Source of the DNA: an uncultured Bacteroidales bacterium
GTDB lineage: Bacteria; Bacteroidota; Bacteroidia; Bacteroidales; CAZLJX01
NCBI GenBank assembly: GCA_964559985.1
Contig: CAZLJX010000003.1
Coordinates: forward strand, 16,450 to 80,449
Direction: 5' to 3'
DNA: 64,000 nt
The notes under the pieces are model-generated. The model made no database searches. It was not told the DNA's origin and saw only the letters and a program-made list of their open reading frames with translations. A program made the translations under genes and the position numbers. Every line of letters starts with the position of its first letter. Within the stretch, counting starts at the first letter, position 1. Positions 57,925 through 64,000 of this stretch are shown piece after piece.

Positions 57925-59052
57925 ATGAACCGGATTATTGTATTAGGAGCAGGCATGGTAGGCAGGGCAATTGCACTTGACCTTTCAAAAAAAAACCTGG
58001 TAACTGCTGTCGATATTGACGATAAAGCTCTATCGATGCTCACAAAACGTCAGAATATTACCACACAACACCTCGATATTTCAAATCCGAAAGCACTGGC
58101 AGTAGCCATCGCCGATTTTGACCTGGTTATATCGGCCGTACCTGGTTTTATAGGTTACCAGACTATTGTAACCACCCTTAAAAATAAAAAAAACCTGATT
58201 GATATTTCCTTTCTTCCCGAAGATGTTCTTCCGCTCGATCACCTGGCAAGACAAAACGGGGTTATTGCCATTACTGATTCTGGTGTTGCGCCCGGCATGC
58301 CCAACCTGATACTGGGTTATCACAACGAATTGATGAAGATCGAAAATTTTGAGTATTATGTAGGTGGTTTACCTAGAATGCGCAGTTTCCCGTTTGAATA
58401 CAAGGCCCCTTTTTCTCCCTGCGATGTGATTGAAGAATACATCAGGCCTGCAAGATTTGTCGAAAACGGGAATGTAATCACCAGCCCCGCCATGAGTGAT
58501 CCGGAAATAGTTGAATTTAAACAGATCGGATCACTTGAAGCATTTAATACCGATGGCCTGCGATCGTTGATTTATACCATGTCACATATTCCGAACATGA
58601 AAGAAAAAACATTGCGTTATCCGGGTCATATCAGGATGATACAGGCACTTAAAGCGGCCGGTTTTTTTGAAAAAGAGCCCATTGAAATGAATCATGCATC
58701 TGTTTCACCCTTTGAATATACCTCGAAAATACTTTTTAAAGCATGGAAACTCGACCCCGATGAGGAAGAATTTACCATTATGCGCATCATTATTGAAGGG
58801 ACTGATAAAGGAAAACAGCGAAAAATTATATACGAACTTTTTGATGAATTCGACAATATAAGAATGATGTCATCCATGGCACGTACAACTGGATTTACCG
58901 CTACTGCAGCTGCACAGATGATCATTGACGGAGTTTTTACCCAGCAGGGTCTGTTTACCCCCGAATTGCTGGGAAAATACCCGTCGTGCTTTGATTACAT
59001 CATAAACTACCAGCGCGAAAGAGGAGTTATTTACCACAAAACCGAAGAATAA
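57925..59052 (+). CDS. saccharopine dehydrogenase-family NAD(P)-dependent oxidoreductase
   Basis: 375 aa. Rossmann motif MNRIIVLGAGMVGRAIALDL. Length and C-terminal region are consistent with the saccharopine dehydrogenase-like family. Substrate not inferable. Confidence 0.75.
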   Translation: MNRIIVLGAGMVGRAIALDLSKKNLVTAVDIDDKALSMLTKRQNITTQHLDISNPKALAVAIADFDLVISAVPGFIGYQTIVTTLKNKKNLIDISFLPEDVLPLDHLARQNGVIAITDSGVAPGMPNLILGYHNELMKIENFEYYVGGLPRMRSFPFEYKAPFSPCDVIEEYIRPARFVENGNVITSPAMSDPEIVEFKQIGSLEAFNTDGLRSLIYTMSHIPNMKEKTLRYPGHIRMIQALKAAGFFEKEPIEMNHASVSPFEYTSKILFKAWKLDPDEEEFTIMRIIIEGTDKGKQRKIIYELFDEFDNIRMMSSMARTTGFTATAAAQMIIDGVFTQQGLFTPELLGKYPSCFDYIINYQRERGVIYHKTEE

Positions 59053-59126
59053 CAAATTGTTCTGCAATAAAAATACATTGTATTAAATTTTACCGTTGTC
59101 ATATACAAGCATAAAAATATAACAAG

Positions 59127-61133
59127 ATGACCCGAGAAGATTTTCAAAAAGCTATATTACAGGGAATTCCCGATGTAATGCCGGAGTTGAAACCTTACGA
59201 TACTGCTGTAAACCATGCACCAAAACGGAAAGAAATTCTTACACCCGATGAAAAAAAACTGGCCGTTGCCAATGCACTTCGCTATTTTCATCCCAAACAT
59301 CATGCGGTATTAGCTCCCGAATTTGCCGGAGAACTTAAAAGATACGGCCGTATTTACATGTACAGGTTTAAACCCGGGTACAAAATTTTTGCCCGCCCCA
59401 TTGATGATTATCCGCACCGCTCAAAACAGGCAGCTGCCATCATGCTGATGATCAGCAATAACCTTGATGATGCCGTTGCACAGCATCCTCACGAACTGAT
59501 TACCTACGGAGGAAATGGTGCAGTTTTTCAAAACTGGGCACAATACCTGCTCACCATGCAATACCTGGCCAATATGACGGACGAACAAACACTGGTGATG
59601 TATTCAGGGCACCCCATGGGGTTATTTCCTTCACATAAAGAAGCCCCGAGGGTTGTAGTTACCAATGGTATGATGATTCCGAACTATTCATCAAAAGATG
59701 ACTGGGAAAGATATAATGCTTTGGGTGTTACCCAATATGGACAGATGACTGCCGGATCGTATATGTATATCGGGCCTCAAGGGATTGTGCATGGCACCAC
59801 CATTACCATACTCAACGCAGGACGTATGATTGATCAGGACAGGAAAAGTAACGAAATGAAACTTTTTGTTTCGAGTGGTCTTGGAGGGATGTCTGGCGCA
59901 CAACCCAAAGCTGCTGTAATTGCAGGAGTAATCGGTGTAATTGCCGAAATAAACCCGAAAGCTGTCAAAACACGCCATGAACAGGGATGGGTTGATGAAG
60001 TGTTTACCGACCTTAATACCCTTGTTGCCCGGATAAGAAAAGCAAAAACGGAGAAACAAAGCGTTTCTCTGGCATTCCAGGGCAATGTAGTTGATTTATG
60101 GGAAAAATTCATTGCCGAAGATTTGCAGGTTGACCTGGGTTCGGACCAGACCTCGCTGCATAACCCATGGGCGGGAGGTTATTATCCGGCCGGTCTGAGT
60201 TTTGAAGAATCGGTAAAAATGATGGCCGACCATCCCGACGAATTCCGTAATAAAGTACAGGAATCGCTTCGCAGGCATGTTGCTGCCATTAATACACTGG
60301 CAAAAAAAGGAATGTATTTTTTTGATTACGGCAATGCTTTTCTTCTCGAGGCAGGAAGAGCCGGTGCTGATATTTATAATGCAAACGGGCAATTTCGTTA
60401 TCCTTCATATGTTCAAGACATTATGGGTCCCATGTGTTTCGATTACGGATTTGGCCCATTCCGATGGGTTTGCACTTCTTCAAAGCCAGAAGATCTTGAC
60501 ACGACCGACCATATCGCTATGACTGTACTGGAGGAAATGATGAAAGATTCACCAACCGAAATTACTCAGCAGATGAATGATAACATCAGCTGGATAAAAG
60601 GCGCCAAAAAAAACAAACTGGTGGTTGGCTCCCAGGCCCGAATCCTTTATGCCGATGCCGAAGGGCGTATCCGTATTGCCCTTGCGTTTAACAAAGCCAT
60701 CAGGGAAGGAAAAATTTCAGCTCCCATCGTTCTTGGCCGTGACCATCATGATGTATCGGGTACCGATTCTCCATTCAGAGAAACATCAAACATTTACGAC
60801 GGATCACGTTTTACAGCCGATATGGCAGTTCAGAACTGTATTGGCGACAGTTTCAGGGGTGCAACATGGGTTTCGATTCACAATGGGGGTGGAGTTGGAT
60901 GGGGCGAAGTGATTAACGGCGGCTTTGGCATGTTGCTCGATGGCAGCCCCGAATGCGACAGGCGCATCAGAATGATGCTCCACTGGGATGTCAATAATGG
61001 TATTTCACGGCGCAGCTGGGCCAGAAACACCGGGGCTATCAGCACCATTCAAAGGGCCATGAAAGCAGAACCACTTTTAAAAGTTACCTTGCCAAATCCG
61101 GTTGACGAAAAACTTTTAAATTCCATCCCATAA
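59127..61133 (+). CDS. hutU: urocanate hydratase (long ~670-aa form)
   Basis: 668 aa. ITYGGNGAVFQNW, YMYIGPQGIVHGT, SSGLGGMSGAQPKA, GRDHHDVSGTDSPFRETS. Confidence 0.93.
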   Translation: MTREDFQKAILQGIPDVMPELKPYDTAVNHAPKRKEILTPDEKKLAVANALRYFHPKHHAVLAPEFAGELKRYGRIYMYRFKPGYKIFARPIDDYPHRSKQAAAIMLMISNNLDDAVAQHPHELITYGGNGAVFQNWAQYLLTMQYLANMTDEQTLVMYSGHPMGLFPSHKEAPRVVVTNGMMIPNYSSKDDWERYNALGVTQYGQMTAGSYMYIGPQGIVHGTTITILNAGRMIDQDRKSNEMKLFVSSGLGGMSGAQPKAAVIAGVIGVIAEINPKAVKTRHEQGWVDEVFTDLNTLVARIRKAKTEKQSVSLAFQGNVVDLWEKFIAEDLQVDLGSDQTSLHNPWAGGYYPAGLSFEESVKMMADHPDEFRNKVQESLRRHVAAINTLAKKGMYFFDYGNAFLLEAGRAGADIYNANGQFRYPSYVQDIMGPMCFDYGFGPFRWVCTSSKPEDLDTTDHIAMTVLEEMMKDSPTEITQQMNDNISWIKGAKKNKLVVGSQARILYADAEGRIRIALAFNKAIREGKISAPIVLGRDHHDVSGTDSPFRETSNIYDGSRFTADMAVQNCIGDSFRGATWVSIHNGGGVGWGEVINGGFGMLLDGSPECDRRIRMMLHWDVNNGISRRSWARNTGAISTIQRAMKAEPLLKVTLPNPVDEKLLNSIP

Positions 61134-61564
61134 TGTCTACTTTAACATATTCAATATTAATGAAATATAAGTTATTACTTTGTATTACTTTTTTCCTGAC
61201 CAGTTTTTTTTCATGCGAAAAAGACCTGAATACTTATCCTAAAGGCACTTTCAAAGGAACATGGAATGTGGAAGAAAATGGTTCACTGAGCGGAATCAGA
61301 CGCTACCAGGCTGTTATAAGCCAGTCGGGTATCAATGACCGGGTTTACCTTGTGAATAATTTTTATAAAACAGGAATGGAAACAGAGTTGTATTTTTCCT
61401 ATGCTGCAACCGATAGTTCATTTACTGTGGATGGTCAGGTAATAGGTAGTTATTTTATCAACGGTACCGGAAAATTTCACAGCGACCAGCTGCTCGAATG
61501 GCATTTTTATGTCAATCAGTCAGGTGGAAATATCAATGAAGTGGAAGCTGTTTTCCGCCGTTAA
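61133..61564 (+). CDS. hypothetical small lipoprotein
   Basis: 143 aa. Lipobox-like LTSFFSCEKD. Start overlaps the hutU stop (TAATG). Its stop overlaps the convergent ispF stop (TTAA at 61561-61564). Confidence 0.45.
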   Translation: MSTLTYSILMKYKLLLCITFFLTSFFSCEKDLNTYPKGTFKGTWNVEENGSLSGIRRYQAVISQSGINDRVYLVNNFYKTGMETELYFSYAATDSSFTVDGQVIGSYFINGTGKFHSDQLLEWHFYVNQSGGNINEVEAVFRR

Positions 61565-62043
61565 TCTGTTTTATAAATCAGACAAACTGCATACGCCGAT
61601 ACCCCTTCACCACGACCAACATATCCCAGTTTTTCAGTTGTGGTTGCTTTTACAGAAATCTGTTGAACATCAATCCTGAGAACATCGGCCAGGATTTGCT
61701 GCATCCGGGGTATATCATCTTTTATTTTAGGTTGCTGCAGGCACAATGTACAATCAATATTACCAATTGCATAGCCCTCGGTTTGTAATAATCCCGCAAC
61801 ACGGGCCAATAAAATTTTACTGTCAATTCCTTTGTATTCAGAAGCATTATCAGGAAATTGTACTCCAATGTCGCGTAAAGCGGCAGCCCCAAGCAAAGCA
61901 TCACAAATGGCATGTATCAGTACATCGGCATCGGAATGGCCAACGGTTCCTTTACTGAAAGGGACGATGATACCTCCCAGGTTAAGTGTTTCACCTTCAG
62001 CAAGCCGGTGAACATCAAAACCAAATCCAACCCTGAAATTCAT
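61561..62043 (-). CDS. ispF: 2-C-methyl-D-erythritol 2,4-cyclodiphosphate synthase (MEP pathway)
   Basis: Start placed at MNFRVGFGFDVHRL (62041-62043). The track start at 62079 would overlap porV. HSDADVLIHAICDALLGA and ATTTEKLGYVGRGEG are typical of IspF. Confidence 0.93.
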   Translation of the reverse strand: MNFRVGFGFDVHRLAEGETLNLGGIIVPFSKGTVGHSDADVLIHAICDALLGAAALRDIGVQFPDNASEYKGIDSKILLARVAGLLQTEGYAIGNIDCTLCLQQPKIKDDIPRMQQILADVLRIDVQQISVKATTTEKLGYVGRGEGVSAYAVCLIYKTD

Positions 62044-62047
62044 CCGC

Positions 62048-63220
62048 TTATTGTTTGTTGCCGACGGCATCAAGATCAAATAAAATGGTAAAACGTAAAG
62101 TTTCGGCTAATGGATTCTGCGCAAGATTGTTGGTCGGTACCAGATAAGAAAAATCAAGACCAAATACATTCAGTTTCAAACCTAAACCCGCAGTAAAATA
62201 TTTACGGTTTCCTTTGATGCGGTTTTCGTAAAAATAACCTGCCCTGATAGCAAACTGTTTTGCATACCAGTATTCTGCACCGACAGAAATCATAATTTCT
62301 TTCAGTTCTTCTTCAAAACCATAGGGGGCGTCATAAAAAGACTGAAACATTCCGGCAGGAACTGATACATTTGGATCTCTGCCTTTAACGATGCTATCGT
62401 TAGCGGCATCCCTGACGGGAGGAGACGGAACAAGCAGTTTATTCAGGTCGGCAGTAACCATGAGCGAATTATATTTGTCGAGTTCCATTTTCAATGCACT
62501 GCCCAACCGCAGATTTATCGGAAGAAAATATTTTTTATCTTCGGTATATTTAATTTTTGAACCAACATTTGAAAATAAAAGTCCAAAAGATAAATTGCTC
62601 TCTTTTCCATTAATTTTCATTTTATCGGTGTAAAAAACCCCGACATCCATGGCAAAAGTCCGACCTGGCCTGGCATTTTCGTTATTGATACCCCCGGTAA
62701 GATTGGAGTTGATAAAACGCCCGGCAAGGCTGCCTGATATGTTATCGTAAAATTTGCGTGAATATGCCAGATCGACCGAAAATTCGCGGGGATTGAAATT
62801 AATCAGCGGATTACCTGTCTGATCGGTAAACTGAATACTTCCCAGGTCGAAGTACAGCAAAGACCCTGCAACTACCTGGTTTTCATCAAGACGGTAATAC
62901 CCTGCAAGGTAGCCAAGATTTATATCATCGACCAGCTTACGTAACCACGGAGTATACGAAATGGCAACACCGGCATTGTTTTGAATAAATGCATATTTAG
63001 CAGGATTCCAGTGCATTGAATTGGCATCGGGCGTAGTAGCAACCCCGGCATCGCCCATAGCACTAGCCCTCGAATCGGGAGCAATCACCAGAAAAGGAAC
63101 AGCTGTCCAGATACTCCTGATGTCCTGACCGATATAATTTACTGAATCGATATATTGTGCTTTCACCGGAATTGCTGCCAGTAAAACAACTGTAACAATA
63201 AAACAGATATTTTTTAACAT
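62048..63220 (-). CDS. porV: T9SS outer-membrane shuttle/channel protein PorV (LptO)
   Basis: 390 aa with a signal peptide. WTAVPFLVIAPDSRASAMGDAGVATTPDANSMHWNPAKYAF matches my memory of the PorV N-terminal signature. Beta-barrel-like remainder. Lies immediately downstream of a porU-like gene. Confidence 0.85.
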   Translation of the reverse strand: MLKNICFIVTVVLLAAIPVKAQYIDSVNYIGQDIRSIWTAVPFLVIAPDSRASAMGDAGVATTPDANSMHWNPAKYAFIQNNAGVAISYTPWLRKLVDDINLGYLAGYYRLDENQVVAGSLLYFDLGSIQFTDQTGNPLINFNPREFSVDLAYSRKFYDNISGSLAGRFINSNLTGGINNENARPGRTFAMDVGVFYTDKMKINGKESNLSFGLLFSNVGSKIKYTEDKKYFLPINLRLGSALKMELDKYNSLMVTADLNKLLVPSPPVRDAANDSIVKGRDPNVSVPAGMFQSFYDAPYGFEEELKEIMISVGAEYWYAKQFAIRAGYFYENRIKGNRKYFTAGLGLKLNVFGLDFSYLVPTNNLAQNPLAETLRFTILFDLDAVGNKQ

Positions 63221-63336
63221 AAAAAAACCGTTAGTCTTAACTAATTTCCTGAAAATATTTTCGCTACAAAAAAAATCAGTAAAAAATCACTGAAAAATGT
63301 TGCAAATATATATGAAACAATCGAAACTGAAATTTA

Positions 63337-64000
63337 TTATTTTAAAATGACCAATTTTTCATATTTTTCGACAGACTGGCCTGTTGTACTTTTAATTTTC
63401 AGACGGTATACATAAACACCTCTGCCAAGCCGGTCGCCGTATTCATCAAATCCATCCCATGGAATAGGCCCGCAACGAAAACCCGAAGCCGGTATTACCT
63501 GGCTGAATGTTTTAATAATCCTGCCAGTAACTGTAAATATTTCCAGCACCACTTCAAGATCCTGGTTGGCCATATTATGCTCAAAATAAAATTCGGTATG
63601 TGTGGTAAAAGGATTGGGGTAATTGAGCAAATGTCTGATAAGTGGTTCTGAAGCTTCGGTTACCACAAAATCGAGACTCTTTTCAGAAGATATATTATTA
63701 ATATCCCAGACTTTAAAATTCACCCTGTGCTCGCCGGTCTCCATTTCAGGCAGTTTATACACTACTTTACCTTGCTGATAGTTATCCTGACCTGCCTGAT
63801 AATAATCATTTAATACCAGCACCTGTTGACGATTATTGTCAATGATGGCAGTAATATCATGGCCTATGGCATTGCCGGTAGTATTAATACCCGATGAATC
63901 GGACAATACGGCAAGAAGTACCGGAGACTGGTCTGTGGTTCCTCCGTTGACAAATTTTTCATCGTTCATATATAATTTAATCTCCGGACCCTCCTGGTCA
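63337..64000 (-). CDS. porU: T9SS C-terminal signal peptidase/sortase PorU, C-terminal part (5' end beyond window)
   Basis: The reading frame stays open upstream of the track ATG to the window end; hand translation gives ...DQEGPEIKLYMNDEKFVNGG.... GINTTGNAIGHDITAIID and a CTD-like end (NYPNPFTTHTEFYFE...GVYVYRLKIKS...KLVILK). porU-porV adjacency is the usual arrangement in Bacteroidota. Confidence 0.75.
   Translation of the reverse strand, partial: DQEGPEIKLYMNDEKFVNGGTTDQSPVLLAVLSDSSGINTTGNAIGHDITAIIDNNRQQVLVLNDYYQAGQDNYQQGKVVYKLPEMETGEHRVNFKVWDINNISSEKSLDFVVTEASEPLIRHLLNYPNPFTTHTEFYFEHNMANQDLEVVLEIFTVTGRIIKTFSQVIPASGFRCGPIPWDGFDEYGDRLGRGVYVYRLKIKSTTGQSVEKYEKLVILK

Noticed and set aside
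61561-61564. Convergent genes sharing a TTAA stop/stop overlap
   Set aside because: This is a real but trivial consequence of tight packing. No regulatory inference can be supported.
62044-62079. N-terminal extension of ispF that overlaps the porV 3' end
   Set aside because: IspF proteins begin right at the xRxGxGxDxH motif. The ATG at 62041-62043 gives MNFRVGFGFDVHRL and removes the overlap.

Overview
This window looks like a chromosomal segment of a Bacteroidota genome. Four observations support that: type IX secretion (T9SS) core genes are present, several proteins carry T9SS C-terminal sorting domains, TAnnTTTG-type -7 boxes occur upstream of genes, and I saw no Shine-Dalgarno-like sequences where I read the start regions. 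About 45 genes are packed tightly.

Most of them are housekeeping genes:
- Central metabolism and cofactor synthesis: pfkA (cut by the left edge and missing from the ORF track), ispH, cmk, pgi, pdxA, ispF, hutU.
- Translation and DNA repair: prfC, valS, ruvA.
- Others: an M17 aminopeptidase and a 2-oxoacid dehydrogenase E2 subunit.

T9SS genes are scattered through the window: a porQ-like gene, sprA (2457 aa), porV, and the 3' part of porU, which runs off the right edge. At least three cargo proteins carry T9SS C-terminal domains.

I found no rRNA or tRNA genes, no CRISPR array, and no transposase or integrase.

Nothing here can be called a new system from sequence alone. In descending interest, the regions I would follow up are:
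1. 20.2-22.2 kb: an AT-rich two-gene module. A class III nucleotide cyclase fused to a PDE-like HD domain overlaps a stand-alone ORF that looks like a PD-(D/E)xK toxin nuclease. The ORF has no ATG start and no visible immunity gene. A convergent orphan promoter-plus-terminator unit (candidate small RNA) abuts its 3' end.
2. 41.9-48.2 kb: a five-gene operon encoding a YfiR-like protein, a TonB-dependent barrel, a histidine kinase, a REC protein and a REC-PP2C protein.
3. 6.9-13.4 kb: a lamin-tail-domain protein, a TonB-dependent receptor and a two-HKD PLD-superfamily enzyme, possibly an extracellular nucleic-acid scavenging locus.
4. 28.0-30.5 kb: two Ddl-like ATP-grasp ligases plus a GNAT acetyltransferase, possibly making an N-acetyl peptide.
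5. 51.9-52.7 kb: a leaderless protein with a 20-aa H/W/CxxCxxCG tandem repeat fused to a FISUMP domain, sitting behind an 0.8-kb AT-rich gap.

All functional calls rest on motifs I recognised by eye in the supplied translations. No database search was run.
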